A DNA stretch of 63,671 nt, filler included, from Guillardia theta CCMP2712 (taxonomy: Eukaryota > Protista > Cryptophyta), in assembly GCF_000315625.1 (NCBI RefSeq). It is 3 parts of 3 records of this genome, joined end to end, with 100 filler letters (N's around TTAATTAATTAA, not from the genome) between each part and the next. Parts side by side here need not be neighbours in the genome. Positions count along the whole stretch, not along the records: positions 28,437 to 54,661 come from NW_005434456.1; 2 more parts are not named here. The stretch is one strand, 5' to 3'. Both the position numbers and the translations under genes were made by a program. This document shows, in pieces, positions 38,601 to 50,960 of the stretch. Positions within the stretch are counted from its first letter, which is position 1. Each line of letters begins with the position of its first letter. The notes beneath the pieces were generated by a model. It searched no databases. It saw nothing but the letters and a program-made list of their open reading frames with translations, and was not told the origin of the DNA.

Positions 38601-41600
38601 AAGTGCTGTCCAGCTTTATGAGCTCAAGATTGGCTTTGTCTGTGCAACCATCGCAAAGCAAGATGGTGTCTTAGATGCTTACATCAAAGTGAAGGTCCTC
38701 CTCCTCTCTTGTTGTCTCACCGCATTCGGCCTGATACATGTGCACAGGTCGATGATAAGTGGAAGAAGACCAAGGTGGTGAACAACACCATCGTTCCCGT
38801 CTGGCATGAATACTACGTCTTCCCCATATCGGTCGCCACCACTGTGGCTCATGTTCACATGTACAATTGGCAGCGATACGGGCAGCACGAATTGCTGGGC
38901 AAAGTTCATATTCCTGTAGGAACACTCGACGACAACGAGGAAGGAACAGACAGATGGTATGAACTTGAGCAGGCTGATGGAACTTCTGTGGAAGGCGGGA
39001 TCCGGATCAGGACGCAGTGGCGGAGGACAGATGCGGATGAATGGTCGCCTTTGCCGGAGGACATCGAGGAGGAAGACTTGAACGACGAGGTGAGTCCTGC
39101 TTGTTCACGATGACGTCGATTGACAGAGTGTGGCTCAGGATGACCTCGAAGATGAGGAGAGAACTCTGTTTGGTTGGGTCAGATTTTACTGCCTCGTGTT
39201 GGCTGAGTCAGACTTGCTGACCTGGACCACCATGCTTGTTATCATGCTCAACATCATTGCAATGGCCGCAGATCACAATTGCAACTATGACACTCAGGCT
39301 TACTGCCGAACTTTTAAGGAGGATCTGGACATCGCAAACACGTTCTTCACCTCTTGGTTCTTGTTCGAGATGATTGTGAAAGTGACTGGGTTGGGACCCG
39401 TCGCTTACCTCAAGGAGACGAGCAACGTGTTCGATTGCATCATCGTCATCACAAGCGTCATTGAATTGCCTGCAAGTGTGCAGCAACTTGAATGCTACCA
39501 AACTGCCATTGACGCCAGCGTTTGCGAAAAGACTTCCAATGGGATGTCTGTTCTGCGTGCCTTCCGGCTAGTGAGGATCCTTAGGATCGGCAAGCTCGTC
39601 AAGATTTTCCCGCAGATTCAGAGGCAGATGAAGGTGATCACCAAGACTATCAGCACAGTCTCGAGCCTGATCGCCCTCATGACGTTGTTCATCTTGATCT
39701 TCGCCATCTTGGGAATGAACCTTTTTGGCGGTCTGTCACTCGCTGAGTTGTCAGTGGCAGACACGGACAATCTGCCATACTTCAGGCCCGGCGCCTACGT
39801 CCGCGTCATCGTCCCCAACGACGCGACAATCCGGACCGCCCGTCTACTCAACTACAACTGGACTCTGCCGAAGCCTTACCAGATCCAACACTGGATGGAC
39901 CCCAACAACATCGAGTTCATCTCGCAGGCGGTGGACACGAGCCCCTCCCAGCTTGCTGAAGTCTCCTCCACCATCAGTGAGACCCTCATCATCGGACTCG
40001 CTCCCCGCAACTCCTTCGATTCTTTCTACTTCGCGTGCTTGACTGTCTTTCAACTCCTGACGACTTCTGATATCGGAGATTGCATGTACCCAGCTTTGCG
40101 GTCAACCAGCGTGTGGTATGTTTTCTACTTCATCGCCCTCACTGTCATTGGAAACTACATGCTCTTCAACTTGTTCGTTGCCATCATCATCACCGGTTTC
40201 TCTGAAACAAGAGCCTTGATATTGAAAGAGGAGAAGGAAAATCAAGCCATGCGCGAAGCTGACAGGCTGAGGAAAAGCTCGACCCTATCCCGCGGACAGT
40301 CGCTCGCCTCCTCGTACAGCCGACAGTCCATCTCAAGGAACCAGTCCCTCGCAAGCAACAACTCTAGGCTCAAATCGGGCACGTCGCTGGGCAGAGGCGG
40401 TTCCATCAGCTCTGTGGGAGGTGGGGGAGGACGAGGATGTCTCGATGGCCTGAAGAAGTGGATCCGAGTCAAGATCTTCAAGGACAAGAAGATCACTGCA
40501 GCAGACATCAAGAACTTGGCGAACGACTCGTCCAAGAGCAAAGCGTTCGGCTCAGAGGTCCAGTCCGAGGCTGAGATGGAGAACTGGAAGGACTTGCCTT
40601 TCATGAGGAAGGTGATCGAGAACAGGTACTGGAACGGTTTCATCATCCTCGTCATCGTTGCCAGCTGTATTCCTCTCGTGCTGCAGCGCCCGAGCATCTC
40701 GCCGATCGAGTCAGAGATCGGGTTCAACCTCAACCTGGTGTGCAGCTCGGTGTTTGTCATCGAGGCGATCTGGAAGATCAACACCTACACGTGGTGGAAG
40801 TACATCAAGAGCCGCTGGAACAAGCTCGACTTCTTCCTCGTCATCATCGCCCTCATCGACATCATCTCTGGGGCCGCAGGCATGACAGGAGCCGGCAAGA
40901 GCGCCGTCGGGTTCTTCAAGAACTTCAGAGCCTTCCGCGCTCTCCGACCTCTCCGCATCCTGAGCAGGTCCAAAGGTCTCAAGATCGTCCTCGGCACCCT
41001 CGGACGGGCCGTCGTCCCCGTGCTCAACACGGTCGCCATCGCACTCTGCGCCTTCTTCGTCTTCGGGGTGATGTCAGTCCAGCTGCTGGGCGGGCGGATG
41101 AACTACTGCACCGACGTGTTCGTCCAGTCGATGGACGAGTGCCATGGGTTTGACCCTGTAACGCAGCAGCCGAGGGTGTGGATGGGGAGGCTGATCCAGT
41201 ACAACTGGATCGGCTCCGCTACCCTATCCATGTTCATCACGGCGTCGCAGGACAACTGGGAGATACAGATGTTCTCCGCCATGGACGCGACGGACAAGAC
41301 GCACGGGCCGTACGCATACAGCAACATCTTCATGGCGATCTACTTCATCATCTTCATGGTCATCGGCAGCTTCTTCGTGATCCAGCTCTTCGTCGGTGTC
41401 TTCATCGACACGTTCCAGACTGTCACGTCAGAGGCGAAGATCCTGTCCCGCAAGAACTCCTTCGCCTCCGAGGCCAGCTCGGTGACGAGCGTTAGTGGGA
41501 TGTCGGAGCCGCTCCACCCATGGCGCAACAAGTTCTTCACGGTGGTGACGACAAAACAGTTCGACCTGATCATCGCTTTCTTCATCGTCACCAACGTCTT

Positions 41601-43446
41601 CGCCATGTCTGCGCAGAGCTACAAGAGCTCGGCCTATCAAGATTCTGTCCTGACATCGCTGGACTACATGTTCAACTTGGTGTTTGGAATGGAGGTGATA
41701 GCCAAGAAGTGGGGCATGTACCCGAAGCAGTACTTCTCCTCTAGGTGGAACAGGTTCGACTTCACCGTGGTGAGTAGCAACTCGGCGCCAGTCGATGCTG
41801 CCGGTGACGAGCTTGCAGGTCATGATATCCTTCATCGGGATCACCACTGAGAACATCGGCCAGAGTCTGGCGCTCAACCCCACCATCCTCAGAGTCCTCA
41901 GGGTCATCAGGATTTTCAGGATCCTCCGAGCTTTTCGGATTTTTAAAGCGGCGCAGGTGCTGGTGGGAGGAAGGGTTGGAAGTCGGCTGACGCTGCCGCA
42001 GGGCCTTCAGAACCTTGTCAGGACTCTGTTGCGCTCCATCACGGCCGTCGGCAACCTCGCAGCTCTGCTCATCCTGCTCTTCTTCGTGCTCGGCGTGCTC
42101 TCAGTCGAGATGTTTGGAAGCATGTGCCTGGATGTGCGTGCAAAGGAGGGAGGGAGGAGGAGAGGGGGGGGGGAGGAGGAGGAGGAGGATCAGAGCCGGG
42201 CATCTGACGCCTCGTGCAGAACTTCTCCCTGACCAACGCGCGGGACCCGTACAAGTTCGATCGCTGCATCCTCGTCGACCCCTCCGACCTGATCGACTTC
42301 CATGCCACCTTTGAGAACCTCGGGATGGCGCTCCTGGTGTGAACCCTCAACCCCTCCGCAAGCGTCTCCCTCCTCTCACCTGCTGCCCGCAGACTCTCTT
42401 CCGCATCTGCACCACCGACAACTGGTCCGAGGTCATGCAGTCAGTCTCTCTCGCCCCTGGCTCTAGACCTAACGGAGCCAACGTGAGTTTGACCGACGTA
42501 CCCAACTGACCACCACCTGACTCGCGCGCAGGCGACCGCGGTCGCGATGGAGAACCTCCGGCTGTACAACTCGACAGGGAATGAGGACTACCTGATCCGC
42601 GCCCGGGACAGTCTCCCCGGCTGCACAACGGCAGGGGAGATCTCCGACTTGGGGGACGTGATCTCGTGCGCCCACCCCGACAGCTTCGGGCAGTGTCCCT
42701 CCACCTGCGGCGACGCGTTCCTGGCCAACGTCCTCTTCACCTTCTTCCTGACAGCGTCCAACTTCATCCTGCTGAACCTGGTGATGGCGGTTCTGATGCA
42801 GGAGCTTCAGAACGCCATCCACAGCAGCGAGAAGAAGTCAAAGTAGGCTCGCAAGGCTCCTCCTCCTCCCTCCTGACCTTGTTGCAGGACCGGCCTGTCA
42901 GTCTTGATGAGCGTTAGTGCTGCCACGAACAAGTGGCTGAAGCTTGCCAATGACGGTGAGACTTCCCCCTCCCCCCCGTCCCTTCCCCATCGTTTCCCTC
43001 TTACTCTGCCATCATCATAATCATCATCGTCAACAACAACAACAACAACAACAACATCATCATCATCATCAACAACAACAACAACAACAACATCAAAAAC
43101 ATCAACAACAACAACAACACTATCGTCACTTCCCCACTATCGTCACTTCCCTGGTCCTCCTCCTCATTTTTGTTCTCAGATCAACCTTCCGGTGCGATGA
43201 GTGACGCTGGTTCCGTCAAGAGGTAAGAGGAGGCAGGAGGTCTGACCCCTCTGACTTTTCTGCAGCTCCTTCACTGCCACCTCCTCTGACAGCGCAAGCG
43301 CCGCTGGCGGCGGCACCGGCCGTTCGCCGAGAGGGAGAGGTCAGGAGGAGGAGAGAAGATGCGGGAGCCCTGATGCTTTAGTGGCAGGTACACCGAGAGG
43401 AGGGAGAAAACCGCCCGACCCAACGCAACCGCCCGGCAAGTCGTAG
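35628..43446 (+). CDS. four-domain voltage-gated Ca2+/Na+ channel alpha subunit with a C2 domain in the I-II linker
   Basis: Four 6-TM repeats with S4 segments LRTFRLLRPLRALR, LRAFRLVRILRIGK, FRAFRALRPLRILSR and LRVLRVIRIFRILRAFR, four P-loops, and S6 motifs (LFNLFVAII, LLNLVMAVL). Exons before 36900 and the exact start are uncertain. Confidence 0.92.
43011..43119. repeat. (CAA/CAT)n intronic microsatellite
   Basis: Direct reading. Confidence 0.9.
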
Positions 43447-43616
43447 CAGCAGCCAGTCACTTGCGTCGAAACCTCGTTTATTCTTCCTAGTGTAAATTTT
43501 GCCAAGACCGTGTGAATGTAATCAAGTAAAGCAGATGAAGCTTATCGAACAGGTATCAGCTCTCCTCGGGTGCGGGAGAAAGTAAAGAAGGAGCGGACTA
43601 CGCATGCACTCACGCT

Positions 43617-43678
43617 GCTGGTGCTGGTGCTGGTGCTGGTGCTGGTGCTGGTGCTGGTGCTGGTGCTGGTGCTGGTGC
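43617..43678. repeat. (GCTGGT)n hexamer microsatellite
   Basis: Direct reading. Confidence 0.92.
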
Positions 43679-43699
43679 TCCTTGCCCCTCCGCCCCTTT

Positions 43700-44945
43700 T
43701 CTACCATTCCTCGGACTCTCACCTCAGCCCCTTGTAAACGTCTGGGTCGTTGTCACTTCCTCTCAGCCTCTGCTTCCCCCTCCTTCTCTCCTCTTCTCGC
43801 TCATGGCCAGTGATAGTTGTACGGCACTGGCGGCCACCTGGGAGGGTCGTAGCCCCGCCCTCCTCCTCCTGTTCGAAACATCACATGACGAGAACAGCAA
43901 GCGCAAGCAAGACCCCAGTGCATCGGGTTACAGCGGATGAGCCTCCAGGCTGTGAGAACCAACCCTGGTGTGCTCGTTCAGCTGATGCGAGTCGGGAGGA
44001 AGAGAGGAACGGACGGAAGTAGGGGAGGTGAGCAAAGCAGAGAAGATGGAAGCAGAGGAGGAAGCTAGGGATTGAGAAATGAGGCAGGGAGAGAGAAGAG
44101 GAGTGAGAGGAACAATCCTGCCTGCCTCCTCTCCCTCCTCTTCTCTCTCCCTCCCTCTGTGAGGCAAGCAGGATTGTAAGGGAGGTAGAGAGAGGAGGAG
44201 GGAGCATACCCTTGGAAGGTCCCAACTCAGAGATAGCTTGCATGGAGTACTCGCTACACGTCGGAAGGAACCTGCAGCTTCAGCAGAGTGAGGCCCTCGA
44301 GGGTGGAGACAAGGGGCTGCTCTTACGCAGGAGGAAGGAGAGGAGAGATGAATGCCTTGTAAGAACTGCTGTAGCATGAGCTAGTGAGGTCAGGAGCGGG
44401 GACCTTTCACCGTAGCACAGAGATCAGCCATAAGGAAAGCTTGTCCGGCTCCTGCAGGAGACTTCCATCACCACCTCGTGCTAGGAGTTGAAGCGACCTA
44501 CTTCTGATGTCTGAGGATCCTCTGACGTCTGAGGTCCGTCCTCCTTGGAGGAGAGCAGCAGAGTCGGACTGCGACGCGCCATCTCGCCCGCTCGCCTACA
44601 ACACGGGCAGGCCATGCTCATTCGTATGACTTGTCCTCCCATCATGTGCTCATCTCTATCTCGCATGCTCACGGCGCACTGGAGGGAAGTCAGAGGAGGA
44701 GGGGAGGGGCAGCAGTCAAGGAGTCGACACACCTTCCCCCTAGCAGGTTGTGCTCGGTGCTGCGGCCCCGAGGCCTTGCGTGAAAAGGAGGGTAGGAGGG
44801 AGAAGGAAGAACTTGAGGACACGCCTGAGGGACGAGCATGCCGAGAATAGAAGCAGGAGGAGAGAGACGATGGAAGGGAAGGAGGAGGAGGAGCGAAGCA
44901 TTCAGCCATGGCGAGCATCGTTACTACGAGAAAACGCCCCGCCAT
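43700..44945 (-). CDS. hypothetical protein with a probable bipartite plastid-targeting presequence, multi-exon
   Basis: MAGRFLVVTMLAMAEC-FAPP followed by an S/R/P-rich transit-like stretch. The 3' exons are unresolved. Confidence 0.45.
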
Positions 44946-45969
44946 GGCAAAAGAAAATTTTATTCGGTATCAAGTCCGCCCCAGAATTCATCAATAGGCA
45001 TGGAAATAAGGCAGCACAAATAAATAGGAGGCCAGAAGTAATCGTGGTCTCAGTCATCCGGGCCCGGGCCGTTACAAGGCCCCGGCACCTCGGGCGATCT
45101 GTTTTGTCAACTGAGTACCGGTAGTTTTGACTGGGAATAAGTGGGGTGGGTCATGATGAGGTGTTGGAGGATCTAGGAAATTGGGGTGGGTGATATTTGA
45201 ATGGTAGGGGTAAATTTACCTTAAAAGAAGCTAAATATGAGGGGTACTCAATCGTACATGTGACGACGTAATGGGGTGGGGGTAGTGTTGAGACCCACGA
45301 TCCTGTAACGATTACACCACCCCCTATACTGCTTACTACACCCCCTTTGAAGGATTAGAAGGTCTTAGTACCCCTACTTTATAGTTCCTATCACCCACCC
45401 TCCAGCCATCAATTCGACCTGCCACCTCAACATGTACCACCCCTACCCCCCATCCCAGCGTCCCTTCGAAGAACTCTTCAGCCTCCCTGTATCTGAGAGC
45501 ACCCCCTCCGTTGGTGCCTTCCCTCAAAGTACCCCCTATTTTCCCACATAAATCATCTCAAAAGTACCCCTACTTGGGTACAAATCATTTCATGGTACCC
45601 CCATTTCTACCCTGCAAGATAATGGGGGACGTGTGAATTCCGATTTTAAGACTCTTCTAGTTAAATTTAAGGTACTTTTAGGTTAAATTCAGAGAATTAG
45701 ACGATATGAGGCTTAAATTAAGCGAGAAGGCACTTGCATAAGGCTCAAAAGATAAGAATGCTGAGAAGGGCACGAGGGAGGGAGGAGGCGAAGGATGCAG
45801 AAGGAGAAGCAGGGGCAGAGGAGAGCAGAGGAGAGTTGGAGAGGAGAGCAGAGGAGAGCAGAACAGAGGAGATGAGTGCATAGCAGGAGTGATCAAGTCA
45901 ATGAATGCTCATGGCGGGGAGAAGCGGTTGACAGCAACTCGGGTTGACGCTGTTGGCACAGGTATCGGC

Positions 45970-46776
45970 ATGCCGTCCTTGTCAGTGCTGGCGCAGGAGG
46001 AGGCGGAAGCAAGCGAGGGAGAGGAGGAGTTAGGCAAGCAAGCGGGGCATGTGAGCCGCTATGACGGCAACGGGCGGTCTCGGAAGAGGGCGGCGCTCGA
46101 GTGTACAGCAGGTGAATCGCCGCCTACAGTGAGGAAACTCAACGTCGCCTCCTCTTGCTCCTACCTGAACCGGGACGACTTGAGCTTCTTGGAGCTGCTG
46201 GAGGCCATGAGGCAGGACGTGGAGAGGCAGGAACGGATCGTCATGCTGATGGGAGAGCTTCTGAACAAGGCCCTGAGCAAGGATGATCAGGAGTGTACCG
46301 AGAAGGAGCTGCTGGTGTTCGAGGGGAGCGAGCCTCCCCCCATCACAGCCGAGGGTTACGTGAGGAGGATCGCTGACTACGGCGGCTGCAGCCCGTGCTG
46401 CTTCATAGTCGCAGTGATCTACCTGCAGAGGATGAAGCAAGCTCTGCCTGGGTTGCTGCTGACGCGGCTGAACTTTCAGCGGCTCTTCCTCCTCCCCGTG
46501 ATGCTGGCTTCCAAGTTCCTCGACGACAAGTACTACTCGAACCAGCAGTGGGCGGACGTCGGGGGGATGAGCCTGCCAGAGCTCAACGTGCTTGAGGGGA
46601 GGACGCTGCGCATGCTCGGGTTCCGCCTCTTCGTGACGCGGGAGGAGTATGAGATGTGTCTGGCAGAGCTGGAGGACGTGGAGAGATTGAGGGAGGGGGA
46701 GGCGGCAGCGGCGAAGGGGAGGATGGGGAAGATCCCTAGCTATGGGAACATAGCTGACGCGGCTGTCATCTTCTAG
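45970..46776 (+). CDS. Pho80-like / P(U)-type cyclin
   Basis: PPPIT.EGYVRRI..YGGCSPCCFIVAVIYLQR...LNFQRLFL..VMLASKFLDDKYYSNQQWA.VGG.SL.ELN.LE. Confidence 0.93.
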   Translation: MPSLSVLAQEEAEASEGEEELGKQAGHVSRYDGNGRSRKRAALECTAGESPPTVRKLNVASSCSYLNRDDLSFLELLEAMRQDVERQERIVMLMGELLNKALSKDDQECTEKELLVFEGSEPPPITAEGYVRRIADYGGCSPCCFIVAVIYLQRMKQALPGLLLTRLNFQRLFLLPVMLASKFLDDKYYSNQQWADVGGMSLPELNVLEGRTLRMLGFRLFVTREEYEMCLAELEDVERLREGEAAAAKGRMGKIPSYGNIADAAVIF

Positions 46777-47071
46777 CGCGGTTGACCGGAATGATGCATG
46801 GCGGAGGGAGGGAGGGAGGGAGGGAGGGAGGGAGGGAGGGAGGGAGGGAGGGAGGGAACGTGGAGCAGAGGCAGGAGGCGGTAAGTGGAATAGGGTTTTT
46901 CCTGCTACCTGAAGGAGCAAGCTTTTCATGGATGCAGTTAGTGGTTGAGAATATTCTTTGGGGGTTTCTTGATGTAAATACATTCATTTCTTTCAACGTC
47001 TTTCACCTCCGCGCGAAAAGTTTGACTGGAGGAAGAGAACTCGAGGGGCAGAGGAAAATTCCCAACGACCT

Positions 47072-49762
47072 TTAGACGCGGTCGAAGACAAGGCTGCGAG
47101 GAACTTGAGTGAGAAGAGAAAAAAACAGCGCGAAGGCAGGGGGGGGAGGGGGGAGGGGGAGGGAGTGGGAGAGCCAGTTGTGTAGAACGAGAGAGGGAGG
47201 GAGGGAGGGAGGGAGGGAGGGAGGGGATCGACATACCAGGCATTGGTGCCACCAAAGCCGAAGCTGTTGGACATTACGCGGTTGACCTGAAAGGTTGTCA
47301 GAGGAATCATCCTTGACGCTTCCACCGCCAACAGCAACACCAACAGCTCCATCATCATCATCTCCTCCTCCTCCTCCTCCTCCATCGTCATCATCTCCGT
47401 CATCACTCACTTTGCCGTCATATCTCTTCCTCAAGATATTGAGACCCTCAGACTCGTCGCAGATATCCTTGATGTGAGCAGACTGATCGAACACGTTACT
47501 GATCCTCCCCTCCATCTCCTCCTCCCTCCCTCCTCTCTTCTCCTCACCTCCGCCAAGAAGTCATTCTGCATCATTAAGATCGAGTAGATCGCCTCGTGGA
47601 CACCCGCAGCCCTACCCCAGCACGTCAGATGTCCCGCAACCTTCTCCTCTCTCCTCCTACCCGAGCGAGTGTCCGGAGATTGACTTGGTAGACCCAACGA
47701 AGGGAGAGTATCCCCTGCTCGGCAGTGAGCAGACGGAGGTGAAGGTGCGCGAAGGAAGGAGGAGGTGGCAAGAGAAAGGAGGAATAGGATGATGATGAGG
47801 AGGGAGGAGGAGGAGGAGAGTGGTGGTGGTGGTGGTGGTGGTGGTGGTGGAGGAGGAGGAGGAGGAGGAGGAGGAGGAGGAGGAGGAGGGGACGGGAAGG
47901 AGGAGGACGAAGGAGGAAGGAGGTAGGGAGGACGAGAAGGTAGGAGGGAGAGGGGAGGGAGGAGGCACCTGGATGGATCCTTGACAAAGGCCCTCTTGAT
48001 CGCCTCGAGCTCCATCGCGTCTCCTACTGGAGTTGAAGTTCCATGACAGTTGATGTAGTCAACTTTTCTCTCCCCGTGGGGACCCTGACATACTCTCAGC
48101 TCCCTCCCAGCTCCCTCCCAGCTCCTCTTACCTTGTTCGCCATGCCGAGAGCAATCTTCATACACTCTTCTCCTCCGAAGCCTGAGGGAGCCACCATGTC
48201 GTACCTTCACCAAAAGTCACCTAAAGCCCGTTGTTCCTCCTCCTCCTCACCCGTCAGAGTTCGCACCATATCCAGTGAGCTCCGCATAGATCTTAGCTCC
48301 GCGAGCCTGTACCATATCCATCACACACCCTCCCTTGCTCACGGACTCTCCCTCCCTCTCCCTCTCCCTCTCCCTCTCCCTCTCCCTCTCCCTCTCCCTC
48401 TCCCTCTCCCCTCCTTAAAATGAACTTCTCGACTCCCCTTTCTCCTCCTCTTCCCGTCCCTCTCCGAATCTCATCCTGACCTTGGCATGTTCGTACTCTT
48501 CGAGGATCAGAACTCCTCCTCCTCCAGCAATCACGAATCCATCGCGAGTCTTGTCGAAGGCTCTCGAGGCCGTTTTGGGGGAGTCGTTGTACCTGTACCA
48601 AGCGTGAAAGACAGAACAGGACGGTGAAGGGACAGGAGAGGAAGAGCGCGGAGGGACAAGGGCTTGTGGGGCAAGAAGGAGGAGGAGGGGGGGGCAGGAG
48701 GAGGAGGTGGAGGAGGAGGAGGAGGAGGAGGAGGAGCTTACTTGCTCGAAAGTGCTCCCATGCAGTCAAACATGGCAGTGAACTCCCAGCCATCAGCCTC
48801 TCCGGCACCGCAGGCAGCCAACTTTGCTTTGCCCAGCTGGATCTGAGTTCAAGAAACAAGTCAGATGACCTGGTAACGAGATGCAGTATCTCCATCGAAA
48901 CCCATGGGACAGCCAAAACCTCATCTCCCACTTCCTCCTCTAGCCTCCCCACCATCAACGCGCCCTCTGCCCACACCTGCTCCATGCCGACTCCGATGCA
49001 GTGAGCTCCAGTGGAGCAGGCGGAGGAGATGGAGAATGAGGGGCCCTGGAGCTTGAACGCAGTAGCGAGGATGGCAGAGACCGAGGATCCCATAGATCGG
49101 GTCACCCTGTAAGGACCGACCTTGTTCGCCCAACGGGGAGCCTGGCTACGAACCGCCTCCACAGTCTCCATCATGTCCTGCACTGAAGCTCCTCCCTGCC
49201 CGAGGATAGAGGCGAAGTCGGGGTTACCCTGATACTCCGACTCCTTGAGCCCTGAGTCGTTGATGGCGTCCTGAAGGGCCAGGTACGCGTACTTGGCGTG
49301 AGGCCCCATGAAGCGGAGGGTCTGGCGGGGAATCCTCTCCTTGATCTCCTCCTCTGTGAGCTCGGGCCATCCGCACACCTGCGATTTGAGCCCGTTGTCT
49401 GCGAAGTCCTGTCTGAAGCGGATTCCGCTCTTAGCCTCTTTGAGAGAGGATGTAACGTCATCGAGGGTGTTGCCGAGGCAGGAGTTGATACCCATGCCAG
49501 TCACTACCACTCTGCACAGGCCGTCCGCCTGCATCCTCACCGCCAGCAAAGAGCTGCTTGCTCGAGCCCGTGGGGTGAGGGAAGGGATCGCCGACTTGGC
49601 AGCGCCCGAGCGAACATGGCGACCAGGTAGAAGCGGCGTCGATGACGAGAAGGAAGTGCAGGAGGAGGGAAGGGAGGAGGTGGTGGCAGGGAAGGGGGAG
49701 GAGGGGAGGAGGAACGACGTCGCGGACGCCAACAGCGAACAAGCGATCGAGGCGCGCAGCAT
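47072..49762 (-). CDS. fabB: plastid-targeted beta-ketoacyl-ACP synthase I (FabB-type), multi-exon
   Basis: [22 protein letters not shown] (catalytic Cys), [36 protein letters not shown]. Presequence [17 protein letters not shown]. Confidence 0.92.
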
Positions 49763-50149
49763 GGCGTGAACGGCGGCCGATCTACAGTGGGTGGGTGCTT
49801 CAAAGGTAGGGTGTCACACTATTGGGGTAGGTGGGGGCTATCATTTGGGTAAATCTTGGTAGGTAGGGGTCTGCAGAATAATGCTCAATACCGGTGTAAT
49901 AAACATTATAAAATGGTGTACTTTGAAATGAGGTGGGGTCCTGACTTGAATGGTAGAACAGCTATGGGTGTCGTAATTTGAAATTTAGGGTGGGGGTTAT
50001 CACCCTTACCCCCTCTTACCCCTTGAAGACAGTGTGGGATCCTTAGATGTGAAATTTTGAAAATGAAACCGGTCAAAAGTTCAAATATTCAGCTACAATA
50101 TACCATATTTAGAGTGACAGGGTGAAAATTGAGCCTGACTTCAACGCAG

Positions 50150-50960
50150 CCAGTCCCTCCGGGTGCCCCGGGTCGTTTCCCGTCCACAGGCAGTGCGCGG
50201 CATCCGACGGAGCCTCGGACTCACTCGGAGTACGGTCAGACGGTGAGTCAGGTTACTGAGCGGCGCCCGCCCGGGCGGGGCCCGGCGGCAAAGTAGGCGG
50301 GGCACTGCAGCCGCCAGCCGGCGGCCACTGTCGGTTCAACGCCAGTTCCGAAGTTCACTGAGTGGCACCGGGCACCGGGGTTGGATCGGATGACTCGTGA
50401 CTCGTGATGCGGCTGCCAGTCACTCGGAGCGGTCCGGCGAGACTCTCACCGGGCGGGCCGACGCCGGCCGGCACATGCGGCCGTCTCCGGTACGGTCCCG
50501 GCGGGAGGCCGGCTCAGTAACCGTCGGAACCCGGCCCTGACCGTCACTAGTACGCCGTTTCAAAGTTCAAGCCTAGCACTGCCAGGGCTAGTACTACGGT
50601 ACCGTAGTACCGTACGGCTGAGCCGCTGAGCCGCCCCGGGCCTGCCTCCAAGCGGCCTGGCTCCGGGAGTCCGAGTGTCGTACGGTAATCGGGACCGCCG
50701 CCCCCCCGCGGGGGGCCGCCCGCGGCGCCGGGCCGCACGCCGGTTCAGCAGCCCGGCCGCACCGATCATCATGGCGGATCGGCCCTTGACTGATTCAAGT
50801 GACTCAGCTGGGGGCTCAGTCACGGTGCCACGGTCACCCCGGTGGCCCGCCGGACGGTACGGTCGGACTTCCGAATTTCAACCGGGCCCCGTACAGTCGG
50901 TGGGGGGCAATCATCAATTTCCAATCAACAAATTTTGTCCCGGGGCGCGACCGCAGGCGG
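50150..50960. other. CCGG/CpG-rich non-coding island, the largest of several
   Basis: Dense CCGG/GGCC/GAGTC words and no credible ORF. Similar islands at ~18610-18760, 25590-25900, 29990-30150, 34030-34130 and 59570-59945. Confidence 0.6.
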
